In this document: positions 10,090 to 22,167 of the stretch, piece after piece
Layout of the letters: each line of letters begins with the position of its first letter
How positions within the stretch are numbered: the stretch's first letter is position 1
DNA from: Octopus sinensis
Taxonomy: Eukaryota
DNA: 64,000 nt
Direction of reading: 5' to 3'
Assembly (NCBI RefSeq): GCF_006345805.1
Contig: NW_021832380.1
Coordinates: 124,001-188,000 of the forward strand
Made by a program: the position numbers and the translations under genes
The notes under the pieces: generated by a model
The model's database searches: none
What the model saw: only the letters and a program-made list of their open reading frames with translations
What the model was told of the DNA's origin: nothing

Positions 10090-12975
10090 TTTGAATGCTT
10101 TTAGCGCGCGTCATGTGGTTCACCTTTTCTGGTGGCGCCGGATACAGTCCTAAACGGTATCTAAAAAGAACCATTCGCTCCCCGCCAACCAGAGGACTTC
10201 CCCCTGGACGGCATCTTCTCAACGCTGGCACTTACTATCGATTGTTGCTGTTGACCTCAGGTGACGTGGAACAGAATCCCGGTCCAAAGCTAACAATACA
10301 ATGCCTGAATATTGACGGGATTCGAGGAAAGACGGCGGAACTTGCCAGTTTTTTGGAGGAGAACCGAATAGATATCTGTCTTCTCCAAGAGACGAAACTT
10401 TCGAAACGGATCCCTACTCCTCTTTTTGCTGGATATGATGCACTACGATGTGACCGCGAATCGGAGCATGGAGGGGGTCTACTGACCCTTATAAAAAGAG
10501 GAATAAAATATTTCGAGAATCCCTTACCGTATACAAGCCTAAAGAAGGACTCCAACACCGGAATAATTGGAATCTCACTTATGACCTCCTACGGAAGACT
10601 TGAAATCGCCAATGTCTACGTACCTCCCCCAGGTTCATGCAAGAAGGGCTATCGTTTTGACCCATCAAGCCTTGATAAATTGGATAACTTACTCTTATGC
10701 GGAGATCTGAACGCGAAGCATCCCGCTTGGTTCAGATATCAGACTGCCGATGCCAGAGGAAACCTTTTGATATCGCAATTGCAGAAGTTAATAATCCTTA
10801 ACAACCCGAAAAAGAACACTCGAACACCCTACAACTCTAAGGACACGAGGACATCGCCAGATCTATCAATCTGCTCACCTCGCCTTTCCCCTATCATCAA
10901 GTGGTCGGTCCGCTATGATCTCCGAAGTGACCACCACTCAATGATAATGAGAATGAACTGTTCTCCACATCTCATACTGAAACCAACTTATTTCTATGAT
11001 TACGAAAACGCAGATTGGAATGCTTTCGCAAACTACGTCGATTCAAGACTCCAGAACTTTCACCCTAAGAATTTTTCTTCCTTGGACAGGGCAGTGGAAA
11101 GCTTCAACAAAACTATCATAGATGCAAGAAAGTTGATTATCAGAAGAGCATGTATAAGAAGTGGGAGCTCAAAATATGACTCAAGAACGAAAAAACTAAT
11201 CAGAGAAAGAACCAGCCTCAAGAAAAGAAAGTATCGACCCAAAGTAATCATCGATCGAATCAGGGCTCTAAACATGCTTATTACGAATAATACCAACCAA
11301 GTCCAAAGGAAGAAGCTCAGCCGAATCTCTAGAGCCATGAATAAACAAGCCTCTATTTCGGCCATGTGGACGATGTTGAGACGCTTAAAGAATCCTGACG
11401 AGCGTAAAACAGAAACATACCAGCTCAATCTAAACAATTTTATGAAACACTGTGTCAAGATTAGTCATATTCCTTATAAAAAAATGAACTCACAGTCAAG
11501 ATTAAAATCAAAGCCATCCAAAAGGCCCCCGACGACTTATTTTCTTCCTGAAGAGGTGTCTGAAACAATCTCGAATCAGAAGAAAACAAACTCATGTGGA
11601 CCGGATGGAATTCCACTTATTCTACTAAAACACTTGGGCCCAGTTTCAATAAATGCTTTAACCACGATCTATAACACATCATTATTCACGAACTCTATAC
11701 CGAACTTATGGAAACTATCAAAAATCCGGCCAATATTAAAACCTGGAAGACCGAAAAACGACCCCGGCTCCTATAGACCAATATCCCTTATATGTGTGCT
11801 GTCAAGAATCTTGGAAAAACTGGTCCTAAAACATATTCGCCCTTTCCTCCCACAATCCACATTTCAACATGGATTCAAGGAAGGATTGTCAACGACCTCC
11901 TTCCTCACCACACTAACAGATTTCATAAATGAAGGACACAAAAAGAAGAAATTGCAGGAGAAATCAATTGTATGCACTATCGACATTCAAAAAGCGTTTG
12001 ACTCCGTCCCAAGGAAGATCCTAATTCAAAAGATATTTGGTACAAATATTTCTACACCTATGAAGCTATGGATAGCGAATTTTTTGAGCGGACGTCGTGG
12101 GAAAGTGTGCGTCGGGAACGAGAGTTCAAGATCACGCTTTTTGCCCAATGGTGTACCCCAGGGTTCTCCTTTATCCCCGGCCCTCTTCAACTTGTTTCTG
12201 AATGATCTCCCGGTTCCTATGGATAATAATGACATACTACTCTCCTATGCCGATGACATAGTTGTCGCATCTAGGGATGTAAATGTCGAATACGCGAAGG
12301 AAAGACTACAAAGAATACTGGACGAATTATATGGATGGCTATATGAAAACAGACTACATGCATGTTCCGAAAAGTCAGCAGTCACCCTATTCACGAAAAA
12401 CAGGAAGATGGGGACGAAAACTATTGAAGTCACGCTGAATGGAGTCCCAATACCACAAAAGAAAACACAGAAGATATTGGGTGTAACGTTTGACACTTTC
12501 CTCTGTTTCTCACCTCATGTTGAATCGATCGTGTCAACTTGTATAAAGAAAATCAATCTTGTGAAAGCCTTTCTTTCGAACTGTGGGAGAACTTGTCCGC
12601 CAGGGGTAGAGACCCTTTACAAGCAGTATATCGAGCCAACAATAGGCTATGCATGTGCTGCTTGGGGCTGTAACCTGGCGGCAACGAACCAACTAAAAAT
12701 CGAGAAAATCCAAGAAAAATCCATAAACATACTGAAGGACCATACCGACATGAAAATTGTCCATCGAACACTGGAGTCTCTTGTAGAGGCAAGTGGGAGG
12801 GATCGTGGAGATGGACCACAAGCATTTCACCGTACATACAGAAAGTGTGTGGGGTCACGGTCTGAACATCGTGAAAAGATGGCTAGACTGTTGAGAAGTG
12901 TCGGAATCACCTGAACACGTTAGTTAATGGTTAAGACGGTGATTCTGTTTTTGGCTTAAATAATAATAATAAATG
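10090..12975 (+). mobile_element. Full-length LINE ending in a (TAA)n tail
   Basis: The ORF above followed by a short 3' UTR and TAATAATAATAA at about 12960-12972; the same 3' end recurs at 55691-55988. Confidence 0.85.
10095..12914 (+). CDS. Uninterrupted APE endonuclease-reverse transcriptase ORF of an I-group (Ingi/Vingi-like) LINE with N-terminal 2A-like peptide
   Basis: APE motifs NIDG, LQETK, GGG, NVYVPP, GDLNA, PDLS, SDH; RT motifs GPDGI, YRPISL, QHGF, DIQKAFD, GVPQGSPLSP, YADD, LGVTFD; GDVEQNPGP at aa 56-64. Confidence 0.95.
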   Translation: MLLARVMWFTFSGGAGYSPKRYLKRTIRSPPTRGLPPGRHLLNAGTYYRLLLLTSGDVEQNPGPKLTIQCLNIDGIRGKTAELASFLEENRIDICLLQETKLSKRIPTPLFAGYDALRCDRESEHGGGLLTLIKRGIKYFENPLPYTSLKKDSNTGIIGISLMTSYGRLEIANVYVPPPGSCKKGYRFDPSSLDKLDNLLLCGDLNAKHPAWFRYQTADARGNLLISQLQKLIILNNPKKNTRTPYNSKDTRTSPDLSICSPRLSPIIKWSVRYDLRSDHHSMIMRMNCSPHLILKPTYFYDYENADWNAFANYVDSRLQNFHPKNFSSLDRAVESFNKTIIDARKLIIRRACIRSGSSKYDSRTKKLIRERTSLKKRKYRPKVIIDRIRALNMLITNNTNQVQRKKLSRISRAMNKQASISAMWTMLRRLKNPDERKTETYQLNLNNFMKHCVKISHIPYKKMNSQSRLKSKPSKRPPTTYFLPEEVSETISNQKKTNSCGPDGIPLILLKHLGPVSINALTTIYNTSLFTNSIPNLWKLSKIRPILKPGRPKNDPGSYRPISLICVLSRILEKLVLKHIRPFLPQSTFQHGFKEGLSTTSFLTTLTDFINEGHKKKKLQEKSIVCTIDIQKAFDSVPRKILIQKIFGTNISTPMKLWIANFLSGRRGKVCVGNESSRSRFLPNGVPQGSPLSPALFNLFLNDLPVPMDNNDILLSYADDIVVASRDVNVEYAKERLQRILDELYGWLYENRLHACSEKSAVTLFTKNRKMGTKTIEVTLNGVPIPQKKTQKILGVTFDTFLCFSPHVESIVSTCIKKINLVKAFLSNCGRTCPPGVETLYKQYIEPTIGYACAAWGCNLAATNQLKIEKIQEKSINILKDHTDMKIVHRTLESLVEASGRDRGDGPQAFHRTYRKCVGSRSEHREKMARLLRSVGIT

Positions 12976-14149
12976 TTCCATGTGCTATTTTAACACTGAT
13001 TTAGCAGATTCTTTTATTTCATACTCCTCTTTTAGTGCTCTTCCTCGGAGACTATGCTGAATCAATACTGACTCGATACAAGATATCTGACGACACATTA
13101 GAAATACTCTAGTAATCAAAATTCGGTTAGATACCGGAAATCTGGAAAATAACTGTTTGATTTTTCTGTCCTTGCCTCTTTCGGTTGTTCCATCTACAAT
13201 GTTATCAGGGTTGATATTCATTATTCAATAATGAATGCCTTCTTAGCATTGTCCCGCACTTCTTTACTTTTCCAATTACAACGAAACCTCTCAGACATCA
13301 CTCTGATTCCCATCAACGATTGCTCCATCAACATTTATTTTCACAACTACATTTATTCACCTTTATATATAATTCATCATTGGGTGCTAATAAACCTTTG
13401 GTGGCTTGAATAAGGCATCCATTCGTGACTTGAATAAATATGTCAATTGGATACCGTTTACGTATTCTAAAAAACAGATCTCTGACTGGCAGTTTTATAG
13501 AATTAAATCCGAATTCAGACTTGAGACAAGCCCCAGATAAGAATCGGCTTTGGAATTATGTATGGATATTATTTTTAGTTGACTGTGACGTTCTGAAACC
13601 TGATCAAAGGTAAAATGAGAACTCCATGTATTTATAAGAGAGATTAAAAAGCCATATAGAAATGAATTTATTTTTACTTAATGAGAATTTTCTACAAATT
13701 GTTATTCTTCTCTTTTTCACGAGTTTTCGTCTTTCAACGAGTTCCTTTATTCCCATAGAAGAACTCAGGCAGACAGTCATTTCTGAAACGGCAGAGATGG
13801 CGGAATACAGCTGTAAATGATAATAGTCTAATCGAAATAGTGACAAAGTGGTTTTACGATTGGGTCCACGCACTGTATTCCCCATTTGATTACTTCTTCA
13901 ATCTGAGACTAATTTGACATGCCAGCAGTAAAAAACTTCAGAGACTAACAAAACGATTAACAATATTTACTAATCCATTATTTAACTACGTTTCAGGTTC
14001 CCGCTCACTTATCGTAAAATTGTATTGTCGCAAACCTTCAATCACTGTAATTCTGCGACTCGATTTATTTCATTACGTCTAAACAAAATTTTAAAAGGGG
14101 CATTCCGTAGTGTCGGTCTTGAGTCCATTTCTTTTCAAACTCGTTGTGG

Positions 14150-14480
14150 CAAACATCCGTACGTACTAGCAAACTCATGATATATGCTGATGAAATGGCT
14201 CGTAGCAAATCCGAGGAAAAAAAGTGCAAGGATCCTTAAAAGCCTAACCAGGTTGTATCTGTGTCCGGAAACGTACATCTACATGTACAGCCAGTTCTCA
14301 CATATGGCTACGATGGCTATACGGAGGAGAATGGAACAGTTGGAAAAAACAAGATGTTTCGCACTGAAACTGGCTTAGTACAACTGGTCGAAAAGCCGAA
14401 AGACTCACAAGAATCCTCTGTGCCCTTGATCCGGATAGTCCTGAAGAAAAGTTGTGTTGATTGATTATAATTGGAGTTGT
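14150..14480 (+). mobile_element. Degenerate LINE RT C-terminal remnant
   Basis: LKSLTRLYLCPETY...EKTRCFALKLA, homologous to 17041-17400 and to the C-terminus of 49484-50176. Confidence 0.65.
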
Positions 14481-15179
14481 CATGAAGAGACACTTCGGTG
14501 CCTCATTAATGATCTTTCCTTGTTTTTTGAGTTTTCTTGAACAATAAAACACTATTCAAAATTCATATTTTTTAATGACTTGTGTGTATATTTTTGAATA
14601 AATCATCATTCATTTCTTTAAGTGGACACTTATCTTTATTAACTTCAGATATTTGGTATATCGTTTGATTCTTGCGTGTGAGTCCCTTCTAGGTAAATCC
14701 GGTTCTGTAGATAACGGCATTTAACATCGTAGATGACCATTTTTGAAATATATATTTGATCAATAATACTTAATATTTTTTCAACTTGTAAATCAAAACA
14801 AACTAAGATAATCAAAACAAACTTTCACGCTAAAATAACTCAAAAAAACTTAATTAGATTACTAAAATAGAAAAAACAGCAAACTGTGACTTTAGTTTGA
14901 AAGAATCGTTTGCAAGCAAAAGTCTTAAAAAGCAGGGTATCTATTGAAACCAGACGAATAGACTCAAAATATAATGAAAACTATACGCAGACCGATACTA
15001 TAGAACTAGAAGCACCAAAAGTCTCAAAATCTAAAAAAACCAATGAAAGGTAGGCGTTTTTAAAAAGCAGTCCTTCTAAAAAAGAAACCCAATATGTCGA
15101 TAGACAGGTCACTTAAATCAATTGAGGCGGAAATCATTGAATTGGGATCGGGCGGTAGGATTTCTAACGAAAAAAGCGA

Positions 15180-15783
15180 TATTTAAGGAACATAATTTAA
15201 TTTAATCGATAATAGCGATCAGATTGTTCCCGATTGGATTTTAGAACCATTTTTTGGTAAGATTGATGAGGCTCAGGAACTTCCTTTTCTACAAGAATTA
15301 ATCGATTTAAAAAGCTCTGCGACTGCAAGGGTTACTTTTACAATTTTTGTGATTATTCAGATATGTTTCAATTCCTGCACACTTATTAAATTTTGGAGTA
15401 AAATGATTCCAAAGTATTCGTTATTGACTATGGCTAGTATGCAATATTTAATTCCTTATCCAACAACATACTTATGCGAAATCGATTGAAAGTTGGAGAT
15501 GATATGCGAATCGCTCTTAGTAGCATGGATTCGAATATTAAAAAACTTGTTGCAGAAAAGCAGCAACAAATATCTCACTAAAATTAAATCTTTTACACTT
15601 TTTCGTCATAAAATATTTTATTGATTTTGTTTAGTTAGAAAATAATTTATATTTTATAATTAAATCATTTATCTCAAAAAAAGATATGTAAAAATTTAAA
15701 AATCGATAGGGGGTACGCGGGATCCATTTTTAACCCCAAGGGGTACAATTTATCAAAAATTTGAAAAAGGTCAAGAACCGCTG
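15180..15783 (+). mobile_element. hAT (Buster/Charlie-type) transposase 3' remnant with right terminus
   Basis: PYPTTYLCE and RNRLKVGDDMRIALSSMDSNIKKLVAEKQQQISH* across frames; terminus ...AAGAACCGCTG followed by TTCTAGAG. Confidence 0.75.
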
Positions 15784-16149
15784 TTCTAGAGCAAAATTAT
15801 CTAGTTCTTCACGTCTAATAATCACTTTATATCCCACGTTTATATTTTCCTCATCATATCAGCATTTTCTTTTTTTTCATTTTGTCCCCGCCTTTTGAAG
15901 ATTTTCCAGATAAAAATCATTGAAGTTAACTATTTTTCAGCATTTTAACTTCTATTTCAACAGATGCAGAGAATGCCTGACAGCGTGAAAGTAAAAAATA
16001 ATCTTGTTGGCTAATTTTCGGTTCAGTGATTTCAATAATAGATTTAAATCCATTTTCCTCCATTCTTTTGTTCATATCATTTTTAATCTTTTCTTGTCAT
16101 CATAAAAATGTAGTCCTTTTATATCATAATTTTAATGAAGATTGATTGA

Positions 16150-16850
16150 GTAATCGCAGCATTCCGAACTTTTAAGAAGATCTATTATTTGTGAATAATT
16201 GGATATCATCTCCGTTAATTTAAGTTTAATATCTGGATTATTTACACGATGTTAGCATTTGATATCAAAACTCAATCTGACTGAAAACAATTTCACAAAT
16301 TATTTCGAAATTAATGAAATAATATTTCGCTCCTTTAAACCAACTTCCCCATCTGCAAAATTAAAAAAAATTACCACATCAGATGGATATCCTACATCCT
16401 TGAACAAATTACGAGGTCTTAGGTTTTTTGCTTTAATGCTTGAAATTAAATCATCTACTTTCGGATATGCACACTTTATACGTAAAACCGTATTGTATAA
16501 CAAATGAAAAACACAAGTCACATGATGCATGTTGTTATACATGACCATTAAGTTTTACCACCTATTTATTTAGATACTTTTATATCACCAGAAATCATAT
16601 AATGAGCGGCATCTGAAATTAATAGATAAAAATTGTCTTCATTTCTCTACTGACATCATCTATTATTTGGCAGATGATACAAGCATTGGCATGATTTTCC
16701 AGTGGTTTGCATTCAACCAAATAGGATTTTGTTGGAAAGCGAATGATCCCAATTAGAATCGCTGCAAAACTTTTCATTGGATATCTGTTTCATCAATTAT
16801 TATAAAAATCTTTTCTTTTTAAAAGTTAAAAAATAAATTTTAATACGTTG
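16150..16850 (-). mobile_element. Degenerate hAT transposase remnant related to the 60939-62772 element
   Basis: HVTCVFHLLYN...VDDLISSIKA resembles HVTCVAHLLHN...ISSIKAATVKN of the 61.4-61.8 kb transposase. Confidence 0.65.
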
Positions 16851-17029
16851 ATCCTTTATCAGGTAATCATACTAATTTCTGAAAGTTTAGAAAAACTTAA
16901 TCCAAATGTAATATTGAACCGAAACAAAGATTTAGAGAATGACGAAATATAAATAATCGTAAGAGAAACGCAAGATTCGATCATATAAAAAGAAAATTTT
17001 TACGTATTTTCTGAATATAATTTTACGTA

Positions 17030-17400
17030 CTTCTGGAAAATTGGAGTATCTCGGAGTATCGATAGATCGAAGAGGATCTTTTAAGGATCATATCAAAACA
17101 CGAAGAGAGAAAGCTACAGGAATGTTGAAATCCTTAACTCGATTTCATTTGGAGCCTGAAACTTTCCTTTTTGTGTATTCTACATGTATTGAGCCATTCT
17201 TGATATATGACTATCAAGGATGGTATAGATCCGAAGAAAGTAGCATTTTTGTGAAAAAATTGGAAAAGACCAGAAGATTTGCTATTAAATTGGCATTTGG
17301 ATTGGACTTAAATTTAAAAATCGAAGATGCTTATGACGTTAAAGTCAGAAGGATAGAAGATTTGTTACATCACTTGTGGAAATTATTATGTAATTTTTTC
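17030..17400 (+). mobile_element. LINE RT thumb/C-terminal remnant
   Basis: EYLGVSIDRRGSF...LKSLTRFHLEPETFLFVY...KLEKTRRFAIKLA. Confidence 0.7.
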
Positions 17401-18257
17401 TCTTGGGTATATGCGAAGAAGAGACATGTGGTGTCTCATAAAATGACCCTATACAATGAAATCAAACCCACATTAAATAGCCTCTTGTTCTGCTCTTGGC
17501 TTTTTCCCTAACATTAATTTATGGGTTTGTTGGGAAATAAAACTTGTTTTGTCTTGTCTATTTCCTGAATTGTTAAAACAATTTTTATGAAAAATATAAA
17601 ATTTAAAAGGAAAAGTAGTTCTTTTTTATAAACCGATTTAAGTCTCAGATTTTTGATCATTTCTACAATCGTATCATTTTTTTGTAAAAAGATTTTCTAA
17701 TCTCGAGTAAGTCACAATATTAAAGTTTTGTTGATTTATTACAAAGTTAAGGAATTTAGTATTTGACTAAGAACATACATGAAAGATCATGAGGAACTCC
17801 ACTATATTTTTGAAGTTGGTTTTTTATTTGACATACTTTTTCAAATTTTGTTTTGTATATTTATTTTTGCAAGACATCTTTTACATTTAGAAATTTCCAC
17901 ATTCACAGGGAGTAAATTGTCTTGTTTTTGGTTAATCTTTCTACCTTCATCGACCTTCTTGATATCACATTGATTCATGTTTGTTGAATTTCGTCTTTTA
18001 CAATAAGTTTCCACCCATTTTTTGAATTTTTCAAACCTCTTCTTCGTAGCATTGACAATATGAAGGATCGAAGTAAATTCAGAAGATTAATTTCACTCAT
18101 GATAGCCTCAATTAAAATTTGTTTGCATTTTCTAACTTCACTAACAGAATTGTAAACGCAATTTTGTAATATTTTTGTGTACTCCCACAGACAGATTTAT
18201 TGGTTTCTCGTTACTGATGATATTTATTTACAGGATTATCTATAAAAGTTTGACATT

Positions 18258-18337
18258 GTCATCACGGGCAGTACGTTGTTGTCAGGCATTGAAATGACTC
18301 ATCAGTTCTACCCTCAGGCTAGTCAGAGTCCATTTTA
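18258..18337 (-). pseudogene. 80-bp duplicated fragment of the ARMC9 gene, including an intron
   Basis: 74/80 identical to 38849-38928; retains the 23-nt intron with acceptor AG mutated to AA and has an in-frame TAG. Confidence 0.9.
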
Positions 18338-18943
18338 AACTATTATAAATTGCTGACCAAAATCGAAGCAAAGACTTAGACATAAGATTCCACATAGATA
18401 AGACTTTTAGGTATCTTTGTTATCAAATTATATATTATTTTTCCATTAAACAAGAATTTTTGTTTTGAACTCAACAAGAGGTGACCTATCGAATGATAAT
18501 TAATGAAGACAAAAAGACTTTCAAGTTTTTAGGCAACGAGTTAAAGTTGTTTGTGCAAAATGAGTATAAGCAGAATAAAACTTGTCTTAAAGTTTTCTTT
18601 TAATTGTAGTGCGGCTGTTGGGACGTTAGAAAGCTTTTGACATCTCACTTGAAAATCCATTCATATTTGGAATCCATATGTGATCAGATATCCATGACTC
18701 GTAGAACTTAAACGGAGCTTCCGGCACAGGAGCCGCTGGGAATCGAACTTGTGAACAAGAAAGTTGCCAGCAGATTCTCGACCACTCTTCTTTACTTACA
18801 AGTAGAAATTTTTAGTAAAGTTTCTTGAAAAGAAGAATTCTTTTTAATTAAAATTTCATTTTTACTTATTTGGCGATTCCAATAATTGTCAATATTTATA
18901 AAACTTATAATTGTCTTGTGGTCATTTTTTCGAGGAATAATAA

Positions 18944-19240
18944 ATGTCATATGGCCGGACTACCCGCTTCCCGACAAGAAATCTTTTTAAATTCGGCAGC
19001 CAAGATAAACCAAACCAAAATAGCAAATTTTTGAATTTCTTGGACATTTCCGACAAAAAAACATCTGCATTTATATCTGCATGTGGCCCATGTCTTAATA
19101 CCGCAAGAAAATACATTTTAAATAAACTAAACAAGCAGTATTGCCCCGTCGGTGTCCTCAAAAAGTTTGACTTTGATGAGCCCTCGCCAGACGGACTTGT
19201 TCTTGAACGACAAAAGGAAGCTTTCGGGAGACGCCAGTGA
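18944..19240 (+). CDS. Small protein with an HBS1L short-isoform / SKI7-like C-terminal motif
   Basis: C-terminus KKFDFDEPSPDGLVLERQKEAFGRRQ* resembles the PFDFxSxSPDDIVKANQKKAF tail of metazoan HBS1L short isoform (recalled, not searched). Confidence 0.6.
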   Translation: MSYGRTTRFPTRNLFKFGSQDKPNQNSKFLNFLDISDKKTSAFISACGPCLNTARKYILNKLNKQYCPVGVLKKFDFDEPSPDGLVLERQKEAFGRRQ

Positions 19241-19739
19241 TCTTTATTAAATAATCGATTAATTTACATAATTGTGTTTATGTTGATGACATTGATTAAA
19301 TGGAGGAACATTTTTAAGTTTTAATTATTGATAGAAAATATAAAATAACAATGTACAATACTAGTTACTTATGGGTGCAGTACTTGAACAAAAAATTGCG
19401 GTCTATGGGGATTATTTTTTTCATTATTTTAAAGTTTAAAATTTAAACAGAAATATGAGAGATTTATTATTGAAATGTGTTTTATAGTCGATAATCAGAA
19501 ATATCCTTTAAGAATGATTTAAAAAATATGATATTTTGAATAAATTCGGTTTGATAGATCTGAATTGAAACGAATCTGTTGTAGATCAGTAAATGCTTCC
19601 TCGATTGGAAAATTCACTGGTTCTGTTTTTTAATTAGATTTATTATTGCTCAATAATTATTGAGCAATAATGCTCAAAACTTACGAATAGTGTAAAAAAG
19701 TTCATTTTTTTGCCTAAAATAATTTTTAAATACAAACTT

Positions 19740-20330
19740 TATTCACAATGATTTTTCCTCGGTGAATTCTGAGTGGCTTGAAGAAGCTTTACGATGATAC
19801 TGATTTAGTCCTGATTTAAAAATATTGTGAGTATTCTAACGAGTTTAATTCTGTGAACTGAATTGAATGCTCTGGACATGTCAATTCCGAGTATCTCGGC
19901 GCTTTGTTTGTATTTTTGACATAATGCAGCCATCCAGATAACATCAGCACTGGATCTGCCAGTTCTAAATCTGTTAGCTCTGGCGACAGAAAATTTATAA
20001 ATATTAATAGAAGATAGCTTTAAATAATATTTTTTATCGGTTATGATTTATGGACCAATTAGAGAAATCTATGGATTTATATATTTTAAACGGTTCCTGG
20101 GTCAATTTTTGAAAAGTGAATAAGATCTTGAGAGTTTTCACATTCCGCTGAGTTTAACTGTTGAATGAGTAGCAGAGCAAATTATTCGTCTTTAAAGTTC
20201 TTTTTACATTTAGAATTAAAGAAGTCAAAAAAAACATATAAATGAAAAGATTAAAAGAAAGTCACTGCATTCAACATTTTTTAATTGTCTAATGGAAACG
20301 AATTTGGATCTTACAGATCTTCTGGTTGCT
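19740..20330 (-). mobile_element. Degenerate LINE RT remnant (RTE-like)
   Basis: Manual translation RFRTGRSSADVIW...LGIDMSRAFNSVHRIKL with stops. Confidence 0.6.
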
Positions 20331-20965
20331 GATACATGAGGATAATTCTTTTAGACGCAAATAAATTTTATGCTTTATTTAAGATAACAATTTCTAAACA
20401 AGTTCAAATCAAACAAATTTTTAAATACGGTCTTTAGCTAGCGAATTAGCACTGATTTACAACGCTAACGTGAACTTAGTACCTTTGGTCTAATATTTGA
20501 TTGGAGAATGTATCAGTTTACTCTGATATCAATAAACATGGAACACCCGGAATAACTGTTAACTATAACGACAAAAATCATTCCTGCCATCTACAATGAG
20601 CACGTTTAATAGGTCCGGACTCCGTTTTTCTATATTCGTAAAAAATTAATTTTAAACATTTAGTATTACTTTGATGCAATTATTTGATAAAAATGATTCT
20701 ACTGTATATTCATTGAGAGTAACAAACATGCTACATCGATAATACAGTGGATTTTTTTTCTAACGAAAATTCAAAATAATTTAGAAAATTCGAATTTATT
20801 TATTTTTACACATAAAATCAGTTATTACAAGTTTTTTTTGCATTATATTTCGTAATTTACCCATAATTGGTATATTTGAAGGTGAATTTTGTAGAATAAA
20901 CTTTTCCAGTCTCAATTGCACACATTGCATCACAGAAACCAATTTTTTCTATATCTTCATCATTT

Positions 20966-21380
20966 TTATTCACTTGATTTTTCGTTATCATCTGAAACCG
21001 TAGAGTCCTCCTTAATAGTAGAGGCATCCGGAGTGTCCTGCTTTGCCCAATTGTTAAATGCTTTTTCGAAGCAATTCGTTGCTGTTGTTCTTTTAGTTTC
21101 ATCCCACGCTTCAATTATCAATGGTATTCGCAGCAGTTCTCGCAACCTTTCCCGATGTTCCGGCATAATTCCGTTGATATTCAGGCTCAATATATTGATT
21201 TTCTTTCCAGGTCCAGGATTTTCCTCAACAAAGTGCCCGAGCTTAAAGGAAGTGCTGTCCAGTGGGAGGTCCTCTGAATGGATGTTGACAAACGTTTAGT
21301 TTTGGATACAATTTAAGGTTGTATCTGAGGCCACCAAAAACGGTGAACCACATGACACGTGCTAAGTCTAATGTTTTTTC
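20966..21380 (-). mobile_element. 5' fragment of a relative of the 2A-bearing LINE
   Basis: LARVMWFT shared with the 10095 ORF; downstream frame reads FVEENPGPGKKINILSLNINGI (2A remnant plus APE start). Confidence 0.75.
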
Positions 21381-21719
21381 CCCGTTGGCTGAAGAGTTAG
21401 TTATGGACTTTTGTGGGTTCAAATCCAAAGGAGGCTACTTTCCAGCTGGGGGTCAATTGTCGTCAACGTTACCTTGCTCGTGAGGGAGAGTCCTTCTGGC
21501 ACGACACAATTGCGAATAGCGATCTTTCACTTTCTGAATTTTAGCGTGGCGTTACGTGGTCCATCATGTCAGTTGGAACTTCCAATTGGATATGGAAACG
21601 CTAGGGGACACCTAACGCCTATTAACATTTTTATTGGAATTTTAATATTGCATTCTTTGCTTGTTTAATTCGGGTTTTTTCAAAGTCTAATATTTGTCTT
21701 CAACTTTTATCCGACCATG

Positions 21720-22120
21720 GTTGCCCATTCAATTGAGCGACTTTTTTCCAAGATACTCGAACATTGTGAAATAGTGTATCCCAAAGGAGGTTTACCATGT
21801 TGTGGAAACACCTATGTGTTGGCTGAGTAATCTTCCATATTACATATATAAGCTTGCAACGAGTGTCTTTGTTCCACGACGATGTCAGTCTTTATAAATG
21901 TGTTCACTCTGATTTCAACCATTCGCCGATACAGATTCTACCGAATGTGTTTTTTATCATTCCTGAATCCAAATTCTCGACAAAAATGAAAGTGGATGCA
22001 ACTCACTACTTCATCATGCCTCTTGACATAATCCCCATGTAACATCTTTTCACATTTAGTGGCACAGTGATCGACTGTCTTCTTTCATCTCATGCAGTGG
22101 GAACATACTGAGTTATGTTC
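21720..22120 (-). mobile_element. R4/Dong-like REL non-LTR remnant
   Basis: TVDHCATKCEKMLHGDYVKRHDEVVSCIHF...VEIRVNT, homologous to 52140-52888. Confidence 0.65.
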
Positions 22121-22167
22121 TGGAAAAAATTAATTTCTTTCTTGCACGAGAAAGAATAAGTCTTCAG

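Noticed and set aside
10235-12858. Several minus-strand ORFs inside the LINE ORF
   Set aside because: Antisense shadows of a long coding frame; no motifs.
12985-13990. Short ORFs downstream of the LINE
   Set aside because: Multiple stops and only vague retroelement-like fragments; no supportable gene.
20436-20575. TAGCGAA and TAACTATAACG resembling halves of the LSU rRNA I-CeuI site
   Set aside because: Wrong order, over 100 bp apart, no other rRNA similarity; expected by chance in AT-rich DNA.
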